Origin: Convolutriloba macropyga
Lineage: Eukaryota
DNA length: 64,000 nucleotides
NCBI RefSeq assembly: GCF_964194025.1
Contig: NC_134468.1
Coordinates: forward strand, 54,932,001 to 54,996,000
Reading direction: 5' to 3'
Positions within the stretch are counted from its first letter, which is position 1, and each line of letters begins with the position of its first letter. A program made the position numbers and the translations under genes. The notes under the pieces are model-generated. The model saw only the letters and a program-made list of their open reading frames with translations. It was not told where the DNA came from and did not search any database. Below are positions 13,187-28,100 of this stretch, in pieces.

Positions 13187-16100
13187 GGAAAGGGAATGAT
13201 TGTCTAGGTGATTGGCCCCCGAAATCATATGAACTGAGCCCCCGAAATCATGTGAACTGAGACGTTATCAGACACACACACATACATAGAAAGGCATTAT
13301 GGCGCTTTGTTATCATTACTCTTAATTACAGCTTCGTACTCAGTCAGCGGTTATCTAATTTCAAAAACAGCGGCGAGGAGCGACAGCGGATACTCTGCAA
13401 ATTCGATATTCAACTGCCACCACTCCACTCACTACATTGCAGCGAACATAAACTGGAGAGCAATTATTCCAGCGAGATAGCGCAAGACAAAATGATTACT
13501 CTACCTGGATAGGAACGCAGACACAAGATGCTCAAGTCAAATATGGACACAGACAACAGATTGCAACTCATTGCGAGAGAGCGACAGGGCAATTAAACGA
13601 AAGGTCAGCCAAAAACTTACGCTTTTACTACTACATGTTCATTTTCATTGTACCTTTTTCTTCACGTGTTCATTCTCTCGCATTACAATACATGCCTGCA
13701 CATAGTTTTTTCTAACTAAAGACATTTAAACTAAAAGCAATGACTCTTTTCGCGAGTTTTATTGCTTAAAGCCTTTTTGTTTTTTTTTGTCTGCAAAATT
13801 GGCAAATTTTAAGTACAAAAACCAGTTCGTTGAGCATTACTAAGTTCAAAAATAGCTTATTTAGCAATCAATTGTTTTCCAAGCAAGGAAGAAAGTGATA
13901 TTTCCACTATCAATTCTCCAATTTTGAGTTGCGCCTTCTTAGAAGCTTAAAGTACCTAGTGCAACACTGTGGCTTCAGTTTGTCTTTAATCCGCGAACAA
14001 ATCAACTTCAAAACTACAATTTACGCAGTTTCCTACGAGTGAAACTTTTGTACCGTCTTTGGTGGCATGTTCGGAAAGTCAGGCAACTTTTTGCGAAGCC
14101 ACTTAGTAAATTGAAACTTCATCAACTAAAACCAAATTTTTGACTTTTAAAATTCTAAATGAAACTTTTGTCGAATAAAACTAAAAAACTCTCTAGAACA
14201 AATCTATCTTTCATTTTATACATGAAAATTTTATACAGGAACAATTAATCGCTTTATATTTCTTTCAAATTCAACACCAAAACATCTGTTTTTGAATAGA
14301 AGCATTATGAGATATAATATAAAATGATGCACTGATCTAAAAAAAAAGCACTGAATTCAGATTTTGATAGTGTTTTTACCAATCATATTATTACAACTAA
14401 CAAAAAAAACAGTTTAAGATTACATGCATCGATAAATATTATGCAAAATTTTAATATTAAATCAACAGCTAATATTGAACCTCAAATCAATCCAGGACAC
14501 ATTGGAGTACATGGCGACTGTGGGATCCTTTTTGAAAGCAATTAAGAAAAAATGTTTTAAGCAATTAAGAGAAAGCAAATAAGAAAATCAATTAAGAAGA
14601 AATTAGGAAAATTCTTTGCGTTGATGTGATTTTTCATTGCTAAAAGTTTTCTATTGTCCTCCAAAATCTGACTTGTGAATTAGATTCCAAGTTTGCAACC
14701 CCGATTAAAGAAACCATCTTCAAGTAATGAAGTTTTATAGTTGAGGTTGCAGAACTAGGTTTTGTTCTTCTGATTCACCTGTAGTTTCATAGTGGGATAG
14801 CTGTTGTCTATATATACTGGTAGCCTATTATTTTAAAGTTTCCAAAGAAGAAAGTTAATTTGTTGTCTAGGACGAGTTTGATTGGAAGGATGTTATAATT
14901 AGTTATTTTGTTTACAAGAGCTGAAGAGTAGTGCAGGTGGCTAATTACTAGAGCATTGAGTAACAGCAGTTTTGATTTATCGGGAATAGGAGTTATAATT
15001 GAATACAGTTTTCATACCACAGGCCATTTCTCAAAATATTTTTGATCTCCTTTTCTGCATAGAATTTTGTCAGTAAACTCAAATTTACTTGACTGAACGT
15101 TTAGCACAGATATTAAGCGACCTTATTTAAAAAATCTCCTTTAGTTTTTTATTAGATGCTTTTTACAGCAAATTATATACTGTTTTAGCTTCATTAAGCG
15201 TGAGTGAGTGCTGTTCATAATGAGTTATCTCCGTTAAACAAATTTGAAGTAATTGATTTGCTTCTGATGGGCTGGTACTAGCGCAAAACAAAGAAGTGTC
15301 ATGTGCGTACTGCACTAGTGTGCAGTTTTCGGAGATTGTTTTTTTTATTAATGACATAGATGTTAAAAACTAGAGAACCTAAAGTGGTACCTTGTGGAAC
15401 TCCCCTCTTAAGTTGGATCCACTCAGATTCCGTATTTTCTACTATTCTTTTCTTTAGCCGATCAGTGAGAAAATTCAATATAAGTGCGGTGCTTACGAAA
15501 AAAAGATTTCTATTCATCAGGTATCGAAAATCTACTGTGCATCAGGTATTGAAAATGTTCTCTTATTCTTATAGCTCAATCTTTCCCCATTATTAAACGA
15601 AGTTCAGAACATTAACGAAACATATTTTTGGTAATCGAATTTGTTAGATTTCTTTTCCAAACGGCAGGATCAAAGACGTTCATTGAAGTTGGTACTGCAT
15701 AGGTTAAGGCTTGTCTCATCACTATTTAAAGCTTGTTCATGGTTGTCTCATTGCAACTCAAAACCTAACAACTAATTTAACTGCATCTAATGCTTTAAGA
15801 TATTAATTTGGCTTGCTAGAACTCACTTTTCTTACACTTTAACGCGATGTCTTGAACACTTCAATGAAAACAGGCAAACAAACTTATTAGCAGCCTGATG
15901 TGGTGTCCAAACTTCTCAAAATTGCCTCCAAATCATGAAAATTTACCTCAACAGTTTTGGCGAATTGTATACTTTGAGAAATGGAGCTCAAAGAGCTGTG
16001 AGCACACTTAATGCCCTCAGGTTTTTTAAGCAGTTTATCCCACTCTTGAGGTTAAAATGTTAAATGGTCAGAGGATAAATCGATCAAAAAAATCAAAATA

Positions 16101-19100
16101 ATTGCTGGAAACTTTGCTTAAGAGCAATTTAACAATATTTGTTGAGAATTACTTCAACAAAATAGCCGGTATCACCAACTTCATGATCTACTTCAAACAA
16201 TTCTTAGAGCTTATCTGAAACGTGCATTTTAACCAGTTTTGTCATTCACTAAAATCCATGTCATTTTTTTGTCAGCTTCATGTACAGCATGCATGAGCCT
16301 GAGAGTCTCTTCAACACATTTTTACCAATATTTTGCGCCGAAACAAAGATGCATCACGAAAAAAAACCTGACGAGAACCAACTGTAGAAAAATGTTTATG
16401 GAAAAACCGTGGCAAACTTTTGTCGTTTTGTATTTAAGTATACCGAAAAAGTGTTACAAATTTGACTACATGTCAAAACACAATCGAGTAACGTCGGGCG
16501 AATTGATCTAACACAACCGTTGAGCGGTTGCCTAGAAGGGGGTGAGCAGATGAGCCCAAGCGTTGGGAGGGGCGGAGAGGGAGAACTGGACTCGAGGGTG
16601 GTCCAAATCGCCAGGTGGAGGAGGGTGCACGGGTGATTGTTGGGGGGGGGGGGGGGGGGGACTGAGGGGGTGGGAGGGTTTGGTAAAAACATTCAAGATT
16701 GGGAACCACCCTTTACACCTTAAAATTGTCTCCTCAAAACCGTTTCGTGAATCACATACTTAGAGACTAGTAAGGCCCTAAGAGAGCTGCTCAGCCACTT
16801 AATGCCCTTCGTGATTTACCTGTTTATTTCGTTTTAGGGGACGAAAAGTTAAAAGGGTCCGACGAGAATTCGGTCGACAGAAAAATCTCACAAAGACCAC
16901 AGGACTAATACAATTTCCACAAATTTTGTTGAGAGCAAATAAAAACAATTTTAAAAATCAAAGAAAAGGCAAGTGAAATGAATAAATGTTGAGCAGTTCA
17001 ACTATTATAACAACGATTATGTAAAATAACATTTATAATAAAAATTGGAGTACGATGTATAATAAAAACCCCTTAAATTACTCGCAAGACAATTTGCAGC
17101 AATCAATTATTTATTGCAGTTTCAAAACTGCGGACTTTTTAAAACGAATTTTCCAGGTACTCAGTTAACAAACAATAAATGCTTTTCATTGACGCAAAAT
17201 TATGCACGCAAAATTCAGTTATTTGAAGTCAAGAAAAAAGCCAAGGCAAAGCAGATACGAGTTTATTCTACATCTTTCTAAGCGTTATATCTGTCGCCGT
17301 CAAGTATTTTCACAGTAACGCCCACATATGGTACTTTGCTCAAGTACTTTTAAGGCCAAGTTGTCCTTTTCGCTTGATTGTTTCTTTGTCTAACCGAATT
17401 CACTAATCGTCCTCAAAGAAGTGACAACGGGGAAATTGCTGTAGAGTTTTCTAGGAGCCTTACAAGGCTTTAAGGAGTACACGATTCCCCTGAACAGCTG
17501 AGGTTAAATTTCTGGTGCGCAGTTGGCAACTATAAATTTGGACAACGCCCACATTTTTTTCCTCATTAACTCAAGACAGGTTATTACCACTTCGCTTAAG
17601 TTAGCAAACACCAAAGCCAAACTCGCCAGCAATTTGAGAGCAAGCAGACCAATAATAGGGTCTGCCATTGTTTGATTAATATGTTCTAAGCGTCAATAGT
17701 CTGTAGGTTATCTTTTTTCTGGTCGCGTTTTCCTCTGACTGTTTGCCGAGAGACCCGCGCAGAGCCATACAGCGCTAAATTGCTGTGCAGGGCTGTTAAC
17801 ACTTTAATTAGTCTCCTAGAGGACGGTTCACAACAACTGCAGAGAAAATGTTTATTGTCCTAACTTTTTGTACTACTTAAAAATTGTACGTAACAAAACA
17901 ATCAAACCAAAACAATTAGGGCAAATATGCAAGCTTATTTGAAGAGTCAATTTGAAGGCAGTTGAGACATCTTTTCTCACGACCAAATTTAATGATATTT
18001 TGCAGAACAACTAAATAGATTAAAAACAAACCAGATAGTGGACGCTATTTCGATTGAAAATTGTAGGTAGCCAGACTGCTATTTCTTAATGGGATTATAC
18101 ATGGATTACTAATATTAGCAAAATTTTTGTTTTGCTTTTAAATGCATTTTGCTTTTCCATATATATTTTTCTGTTTAATGGACAGTCACTGACCAAACAA
18201 ACAGAGTTGCAAGATCTTGAAAGAACATATAATACGACTTCTTGAAAAATGTAAATGATTTTTGATTCTGCTTTTCTATTGCGGATATTTTTCAATAATT
18301 CACGATGTATTATATGTTCCTTCAAGACCTTGCAACTCTTGTTTGTTTGGCCAGTGACTGTCCAACAAACAGAAGAAAACTAAATATGGATAAGCAAACA
18401 GACAAAGTGCATTTAAAAGTAAAAAAAAATAAACTTAAGTTAGACCTGGCCCATCAAACATTGCACTGCCTCCTCTTAATAACAATAAATATTCCTAAAT
18501 AACCTGGTAATCAGAAAACTTAACTCAAAAAAGAAGAGGAAAAAAGGGATCAATTTTCGATCAAATTAAATCAATTTTTGCACTTAAAATTATTTCAGAA
18601 ATGATATATGCTGCACGAAGTGATCAGCCTATCAGCGAGAACCAGTAAGTGCAACCAATAAACACTTAACGTAAATTGCACAAAATTTGAACAGTTCAAA
18701 CAAAGCGTCTGAGAACGCGAAATGATTACAAAAAAAACAGCTCGATATTGTATCGTAAAGTCTTATAAATGGCTAAAATTGTCAAAAATCCCCGAGGTGA
18801 AATTCTAATGATAACTATTTGGACAGAAATGTTTTAAGCTGAAAGAAAAATACTGCTTAGAAAATGCCACAGACGAACAGCAAAATCTGCTCGCTTAGCA
18901 AAAATTTTCTTCACACTTTATTCTTCGCTCAAAAATGTGGCATGAACATTCTCTTATCTCTCAAATTCTTTCAGCAATTAGACCAAAACAGTTACACCAA
19001 TTAACAAAAGTAAATGTTGAAAAAGCAAAATTACTTAGTTATCTGACTGCTTTCGAAGCGTATTTTCAGTAAGATTCCGAAATGCGTTTGTGTTCAATTT

Positions 19101-22100
19101 GGTATGAATACACTTCAGATCGATAAAATGTTCACTGAACTAAATTATAGCAAAAATAACAAAACATAACCTACTAACGTCGGGCAAATTGCTCTTGAAC
19201 GACTGGCGAGAGGTTGGCTTTGCTTTGGTAGTATGTGTGTGGTGTGTGGGGGGAGGGGGGCAAGCGTTGTGGGGAGGGGGCTGGGGTAAAGCAATGGGGG
19301 TAGGTTTGGGAAGGCTAGATGAAAGGGGGTTCAAATCGACAGGTGGCGAAGGGTGAACAATGGAAGTATTGAGGGGGAAAGGGTGGGGTGACTGAGGGGC
19401 CTAATTTTTAAGATTAAGAACAACGCTTCAAACTACAAAATTTTCTCAAAACAGTTTTGGTGAATCGCATTCTGAGCGCAAAGTAAGGCTTAGGGCTCTA
19501 AGAGAACTTAATGCCCTCCGAGCGCTAACTGTTAATCCCTCTTTTGAAGACGAAAAGTCAAATGAGTCCGACGCAAAATCGCTACAAATTTCGTTTGAGA
19601 GCAATTAAACAACTCACAGAAAAAATCCAGATAGATCTCAACATTTTACATAAGACGGGGGAAACTTCTATCTGGATTTTCTCCGTAAGTATGTTTGTTA
19701 TTTTTCTAGAATTTAGAGCAATTGAAATTCTATCGATTTGCAGTTTATATAAAACAGAGACAACGAGTTCAGAATGTTACTGAAAATGCCCTTCAAAAAC
19801 AGCCATATTTCTACGTAATTTTGCTAATTGAACGTCTACCTTTGTTAACGGGTGTAGTTTTCACTTACGCCATTGACTTTTATATCCTGGCTTCAAATAC
19901 ACCGAAATAATATCGATCAAAAAGAAGATACGCCAATTAGGAGTGTCACCGAACCGTGACTTCTAGAAGTTATAGGGCTCAAAATTGGTGGGAGAAACAG
20001 CACCACACCGAACAAAATTGACTGTATGGAGAAATCGGATGGAAGTCAGCTTTACACAAAAGCAGGAAAGAGATATTTACAGAATGAGAGATTTAAAAAA
20101 CCTATCCATAAAGCTGTAAATAGAATGATATCGATGATCATACAAATGCCGAATTATCTACCTTTAAATTCAAATTGCCAATGACACGCACATATAATTC
20201 ACCATTCGAGAACAGTGTACCCGCTTTCAGTACAAGGATGGTAATGTTAGCCCGCTCAGATTAGGACTGCTACTAATAAATACCATTTGTGTTCAGCGAA
20301 TTGATAAAAAATATTGCAGGTCACCCTTTCTCCACGGCGATTTTTTAAAACTTTGTAAGTGAATTATCCATCTATTTCGAAAATGAAGAACACTTTGATC
20401 AGTTTTAATACGCTTTAATAATCCAAGTTTTTTAGCATTCAAGTTTACAATGTCCTAGCCTTGTACAACACTTTTACGAGTAGCAACTTGTTACCGGTAT
20501 CAAAAACCCAGACGAAAACTTGCCAAATAGATAATGCAGCTATTGCATTTGAAAATGCCCCCAATTATATGTGGCGTTGAGCTAGGTGAAATAAATACTA
20601 TGCAACGCGAAAAAGCTAGATAAAATGATATCCAGAACAAACCTACGAGTCGAGCCTTATCATACTAAACACCTGAGTGTGGCTTTATTATTTAAACTAG
20701 GCCTTCTGAAGACAAGATCGGGCCAATTACCTAGTCATCTTTTGAACACCCGATTGTTTGGGCCTATTCTCGCGTTTTATTTTGAAGATCTGATTGGTTC
20801 GCCAATTATTCAAATATTTTGTTTATGGAGATAGGCTCTTAGGACTTAAATGGATAATAATACTGTCAATAGCCCAATTGCCGACAATTAGATGAAGATC
20901 AGCTGAATACTAAATAGGAAAATAACGCTTAGCTTATAGAAAGGCTTTCTTATTTTGGAGAAATGCTGACTTTTAACAATGCCAGGCTAGGTCAACTATA
21001 ACCGTTTAAAAAATTGCCACAGCAATGTCGCAAAATAGAACGTGGAGTTCTACAAACTTAGTTCAACAAACTATAGACAAAAAAGTTGCAAACCAAAATT
21101 CTGATTTTAAATTCTATATCTTATAAAAATTTTAAATAAGTCCTGTAACATTTTAGTGAATCGGAGGGGGAGGGGGCAACGATGGGAGGGTGTCTTTGCT
21201 GACGGGCCTTTACGGCCTGAACGATGCGCAGGGGTGTGGATTGGGATGGGAAGTGAGGGGGGTGTGGTGGTTGTGTGTGTGAGGGGGGGGGGGGCAATTT
21301 CTAAGAACCACCCTTCACACTAAGTATTAGTCTCCAAAACAGTTTCTGTGAATCTATTACTTGGAGACTAGTAAGCTGAAAGGCTCTAAGAGCACTTAAT
21401 GCACGCTCAAAAATCAAGAAGTCAAGCGTGAAAAAGTCACCCAAGTAAAAACGGTCCAAAGAGAATTTTGCAAACGAAAGACACATGTTTACAACAATTG
21501 CTTCCAACAACGCTCGGGAGCAATTAAAGACAAAAAAACGATAGGAAACCCAATCTTTACCTTTGGTTAGTACAAACCTATGAAGAAACTCGGATCTATT
21601 CCGTTTTGCCCCCCCCCCCCCCCCCCCCCCGGCGCACGTGCTTTTTCACATCGTAAAGTGCTATATAAAAACATATAATATGTAACTGGGCGCGTACAAA
21701 ACAGAAGAGATCCAGATTCCAATCACAACCCCCCTATGATTTCGGGGCCAATAAAACATTAAACAAAAGCATAGCTGGCAGATTGCCAGAAAATAGCCGC
21801 AATAGCTTCGTAGATCTGCAGTCTAAAAAAACAGTAAAAAAAGACCGAAAATTCGTCTTTTCATTGAAGGCTGATATTTTATATTTTGATTAAAAATCTG
21901 TTTAAGCTTTTGCTGCTTCTACTAGCTGCTCTCAAATAACCTTCATTTAGAGTGACACACACACCCATTTGATCTTATCTCTTTGAATTAAAGTAAATAA
22001 AAGTGAATTTCAAAGTGAGAAGTCATTTTTGAGAGTGAGGTAAGTCAAGTGTGACCAAAAATTTAATCCCGCGAATGAAAAAACTCGCTCCACTAAGAGC

Positions 22101-25100
22101 GAAAAATGACGTCACGCACGCACTCTAGTTGAAATTCCATGAACGAAGGAACAAAAAGCAGATTTGAAGTGGTTGTGACGTCATATGGTCGTAACAAAAA
22201 TCGCGACAACGAAATAAAAAAAAACCAAGAGAAGGCCAATTATAGCCCCAGCTATCGCTGTCCGGCTATTAATAAAAACTATTTTTCATTTGTTCCGGTC
22301 ATTCGCAAATTTTGACAATGGTCCAAAGTTTTAATGAGCACGGCGATTTCAAAAATTTTCACGGCTATTAGATTGCAGCATTAGCATGTCAAATGTTGTG
22401 AAACGCTAAAAACAAAAAAAAACTAGGAGAAAAAACTAAAGTAAATACGCTCTAAACCAAACTATCTTCTTTGACATGAAAAAGAGGTGACATCTTAAAT
22501 AGACGTACCAAAATGTAGAAATCTTAACGAATGTGATTGGCTGCAATTTAAAACACTGTACCTTTATGCTTTCAATTAGTCTCAATTTGATATAGCCTAA
22601 TGCCAGATTATAGATTTTTTACAGCATCTGACCATGCCTAGCGGGCCATGGCCATGCCTCAGCGGCCCGTGGGACTTGATATGAATCTATCACAACCGAA
22701 CGTGAGACCAATTTCCTTCCAACAAATATAATTTTTATCTTTCAGCTTATCGCAATTTCTGAGCACATGGAGAACTTGCTGACCAATCAGAAAACAATAT
22801 TCCCATTTTCTCAATTGTGATTTGCTAGCAATAAAATTTTTATATTTTGGTACGTCAGCCATTTTCACTAGCGCCGAAAAAGAACAGTGTTTGTGTTATT
22901 AAAGAAATCCCATTCAACTCTATAGATGTTGTCCAAAAAATTGAAATTTGCCAAAACTTAATAAAAAAAATTACCTCCATAATACGAAACGTACTCCATT
23001 GTTACTAAGAATTGGGTTGCTAAAACCCGAAGTCAAAGCATCTATCCATTCTCTCGCGTTTCCATTGATGCTTACCCATTTCCTTCAAAAGTAATTATCG
23101 GGATCCCTAACGAGTTTCTATTTAGTCCATGCAGCGACAGAAGTTTTCCCCCGTAATTTGCAATTTCAATCGCAATTGCAACGATTTGAGTGGAATTTGG
23201 TTGGATCTAAAAGATGCAAAAAATTTGTAAATATTATGTTAAACCTGAATCGTATCTGTTAGTTTGGTTAAGCCGAATAAAAAGCCTTAAAAACACGCTT
23301 TCCATCGCTAAGTTCCGGTAATCATTTTTTCATAAAAAGTATTTTCCATTCAGGTTTGATAAAAAATATATATATCAAGTAGATGAGATTAGCTTAGGAA
23401 GCGATTGACCCATCGCGACATAAATGGCTTTGTTTGAGAAGCCGATCATTTTCAGGCTGATTATTGTTTCTGTCTGTTAATTTTAATGTCCCCGTGGTTC
23501 TGTAAAAATTAAAATATCTGCGAAGTCGAGCTTTAAAACCTTCTATGATTTTTTTAATCAAAAGAAATGATATAAACTGCTTTTCTTTATCAAAATAATT
23601 GAAACAGTTGGTTGTCAATTTTTTTCACCTAAGCTTATCATTAATACTAGCAGGCCCGCAGAAAAAAATAACAAGCAAATCATTTACACGAATAAAAGGT
23701 TTAAAAGAAGTTAAAGTTTCTGCACCGACTCGGCTCGAACCCATGCCCCTCGTTTAACAACCATAGGTCACACCACTTGAGCTAACCATGCGTATTTCTA
23801 TAGCAAATTTCTGGACGATGGCGTTTGCCACTCTCTTGTTTTTGTTATACCGCATGCCTAAAGAGGGTAAAAAAGTGCATATTAGAAGCTTAAATATGAT
23901 GGCAAAGCGGGTCACCAAACCCAATTATGCTAGGCTGCATGATTAAGGACCCCTAAAACATGTTACGATATGAGCAATGTTAAGCATTGTGCTCAATTGC
24001 GACTGATATTTAATATCATAGACGGAGATTAGACAATACGACAAACTGCTGAAAACTTAGTTTCATAGCAATTTTATGGTTAAAGGTAATAAAGCCGCAA
24101 GTCAACAGCTATAATAAAATTCAACTGTTGGCATCCTGTGGAGGACCGAGACAGCTGTTTGACTTTTCCAATTCAGTCGGTTTGAAGCTACTGGTATATT
24201 CTGTTTTGGGTGGGACTATATGCTCAACTGGTTTTCTCTATACTTAAATTTGAGAGANNNNNNNNNNNNNNNNNNNNNNNNNNNNNNNNNNNNNNNNNNN
24301 NNNNNNNNNNNNNNNNNNNNNNNNNNNNNNNNNNNNNNNNNNNNNNNNNNNNNNNNNNNNNNNNNNNNNNNNNNNNNNNNNNNNNNNNNNNNNNNNNNNN
24401 NNNNNAGGAAAAAAGAGTGAGATAGAGAGAGAACGGAAGAAAGAAACGAAAGATGAACAATAACGGGAAAGTGAGAAAGACACAAGAAAAAGAGAGAAAG
24501 CACAGGGAGAACTAAGGAAAGGAAAAAGAAACGATACAAAAAGAAACGAAAAAAAGAAAGAAAAGTAAGGAAATAAAGTGCGAAAAAGGATTGCTCTATA
24601 ATTCGTTTGGGGCCAACAATACTAACGGAGGAAATCCACCGGTTTTAGGGAAAATCACCATTCAAAAATTTGAAATAAAAAACAAAAAGAACAACCAAGA
24701 GAAAGGAAAGAAGAATCGCTACAAAGAGAAAAGAATTACCATTTTTCTTCTTCATCCCCCAAACACACACAGGAACATTAACGGACTCGTGTCACAAGAA
24801 TTGCTCTCGAACGCCAAGCGGCATGATGTTGGTTAGAAATTTTCATGTCTACAAAAGGGAAGGGACTCGACACGTGTTCGAACCCTCGACCCTGAATAGC
24901 GGTCCTCCATCGTACCAATTGAGCTATAGCCACTACAAATCACCCTTTCTCACAATCGCGTTTATTTTATCAATAAAAATATTTCAGAGTGAGAGCATTT
25001 GAGATCACGCAAAAATCAAAGAGAAAACCGTGAAAAAATTAGTTGAAAGCTAAGAGTGTTCTAGAATTGCGCAAAATCTGTTAAGCTAAAACTTTGCACA

Positions 25101-28100
25101 AAAAACACGTCTAAAATAAATACTTCAAACTCCATTAGGGAGCAATTAAAAAACATGTACCACCCAAGACAGTAAATACTCCCTCTGGGCGAGCATACTT
25201 TCAAGCCATCATAGCCTCGGGGTAACTGCACCTGACAAACAGCCTTCCTTTTGTCCCAGGCTCTGTTCTCACCCCTTTACTTTGAGTGAGCCTTTTAGAT
25301 CATCGATCTGTCTTGATATGTTCGCTTAACCATGCTGCCCAATGCGGCTCTTAAACATGCTATTCGAGACGCCCCTTAAACATGCAAAAATTTTGTCCCA
25401 TTTTCGAGCTTACGCGTTTAATATATAGGATGAAGAGATATCATTATTACCAGGACATCTTAGAAGCAAACATCAACTCTGATTGCAGAACTAATTTCAG
25501 AACAGTTGAAATTACGAAAGTATAAACCTCGGAGGAATTGCTCTCGAACGACTAGTGGGAGCTCTAGCCAATTGCAGCCTGCTTCAGTCGCGGAGGGGGA
25601 AGGGGGGAGGGAGGACGGAGGGGAGTCTAAATGGGACTAAGAAGTTCAGTAGTGGTCTTCAAATAACCACATTAGAGGTTAACATATACCACTATTAAGA
25701 TTTAAAGTGAAGAATGGCACCAGTTTCTGCGCAATTTTTTAACTATTAGTATTAAATTGCCGCCCATTGAGTTCAGCTGCTTGATATTGTGATTGAGATA
25801 AAATTTTAGATCGCGCGAAATGCAAAAAGTCAAGGGCGTAAAAGTCATTCGAAAAGTCAAAATGGTCAAGCCAAAATTTTGCATAAAAAAGACACACGTT
25901 TACAATAATTGCAATGAACTTCGTTCAAGAGCAATTAAAAAGCAGAATAGAAAAAATACTCCTCGTATAAAGTGGCCTTCATTTCAATTATTTAAAAAAT
26001 TTCTGCGTTTGTTTCTGATTAATGGATTTATCTGACTGATGGGTAACTGCCTGGTTGTGCTTTTTCAAATTAATGCAAATTTTTCACCCATGTTCGACGT
26101 TTTTGAACATCACAATGCAAAAATAGCAAAATGTGACCAAAATTTCTAGACAACAAAAATAAAAATACCAAAAAAAATGTATAGCATAGAAAGGCAGATA
26201 ACGCACCGAACTTCAATTCAAAGCAAATGGTCAACAGCATACCAATCTTACATAGTCACAATGTTTTACAGCGCTTATTATTTTTGGAAAATTTCTGTAT
26301 ATCTACGAAATGCAAATATTACGGATTCCGTCAAATAGTAATCAAAAAGCTTCATTCTCCTTGTTAACCCTCAAACGCGACGAAAACTGTTATGCGGCTT
26401 GTTAGCCCATTAGTGTATTCTGATTTGCAATTTAAAATATTCACCTGAGGGCAATTGACAATTTTTACCTGAAAAAGTATTTAAATTACATAGAAATTCA
26501 TAAATTTTAAGAGAAGGGAGGGAGGCTGACAGATGGACGTGGCCACAGATATCTATGCAATGAGTGGAACGAATCAATAGAGGAGAGATCCTGCTACAGT
26601 ATTCAACAAATCTCGAGACGACAAAATCGAGATCGAGACAATAAAACTTTGGTGAAAGATCTCACGAGGGGAGACGTTCAAGTCAAGTTTTAGGAATATT
26701 CCAGCAGAAACAGCTAAGCCCAGACTCAACACAAAACGAAATTAACTCCGAATCTGCCATACGTTTAAGAGAAGGCATTTAAATGAATGGGCTCAGATAA
26801 TAACTCAAACTTTTGATTATGACAATTTAGAACTAATTAACGATTTTTAGCCACGATTTGATTGGGGCACAAATCTACGATGGCGAGACTCCATTAATAA
26901 ATGTAACTAAACAATTGACATATTCAATTGTAATGAAAAGATAATTAAGGAAAGAGCCAATGGACAATTTGTAGTCGCATTTTGAAACAAAAAATTGACT
27001 AATACAGAAGTGGCAAGGTTACACGACATTTAATCCCAATGCCAACTCACCCAATGCTCTTTGAACTTTTCGTTCAATTATCCGATGTTCGGTTGTGATA
27101 GTTTCATATCAGGTCCCACGTGCTATTTAATTATATAGTTGGCTAAATAGTCGTTCTGGTAATTAGCAATAGGGTATTGGGTAAAAATGGCAGGTTGGGT
27201 ATCATGGCATTGGGTAAAATGGAATTGTTGTTAGATTGCCCAAACAGCAAGTTGCAAATATAGAAATGGGACTGTAACTGAACTAATAAACGTTCCAAAA
27301 TAGCATTACCATAATTCATCCACATTTCTACTTTTGCATTTCCTTGGGTAAAATGGCAGGTTGGGTATCATGGCATTGGGTAAAATGGAATTGTTGTTAG
27401 ATTGCCCAAACACCAAGTTGCAAATATAGAAATGGGACTGTAACTGAACTAATAAACGTTCCAAAATAGCATTACCATAATTCATCCACATTTCTACTTT
27501 TGCATTTCCTTGAGTGGTGGTACATTGCCACATATTACGCAAAATTAATTACCAATGGCAAATAAGTTCCTGCAGCAACTGATTCGAGCTTATTCCTTAT
27601 TTAGAACAGACGCTGACTGCCTGCTGCTTCCACTACATTTCATTAAATTATACGTTGAATCGACTGAATAAACGTTTTGATCAACTTAATAACATCTGTA
27701 TAACTTATCCATTAATCAATAAATACCCCGCGCATTCAACTAAAATAAAAAAACAGTGGCATAACAACTGGGTGGTAATATAAAATATTTCAACCCCCCC
27801 CCCCCCCCCCATATGCTCACCTTGTTTTTTGTTCACTCAATTTTGACCGATCAATATTAATTGTAGAGAGTTGGGTATCGAAGAGAGCAAAGGGATCATT
27901 TGAGAGCCCATCAAGCGTAGATCAAGAAGTTCTTTGAATTTTGTTTTTATTCCTAAGACTCAGCGAGGCTTAAAGTTTTGTGAACATTTGGCTGATATCA
28001 GTTTCATCGATAGGGATTTAAAAAAAGTTTAAATTGTTTACTAGATTAATGGTTTTACCTTAGGGGATGATTGCTGAATTGTTTGATTCAACAGTTTGGC

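Noticed and set aside
22638-23661. Element bounded by GCGGGCC/GGCCCGC inverted repeats
   Set aside because: The match is too short and there is no TSD or second copy in the window.
24210-24539. ORFs spanning the N gap and ORFs made of (GA)n or poly-G/C
   Set aside because: Artefacts of ambiguous bases and simple repeats.
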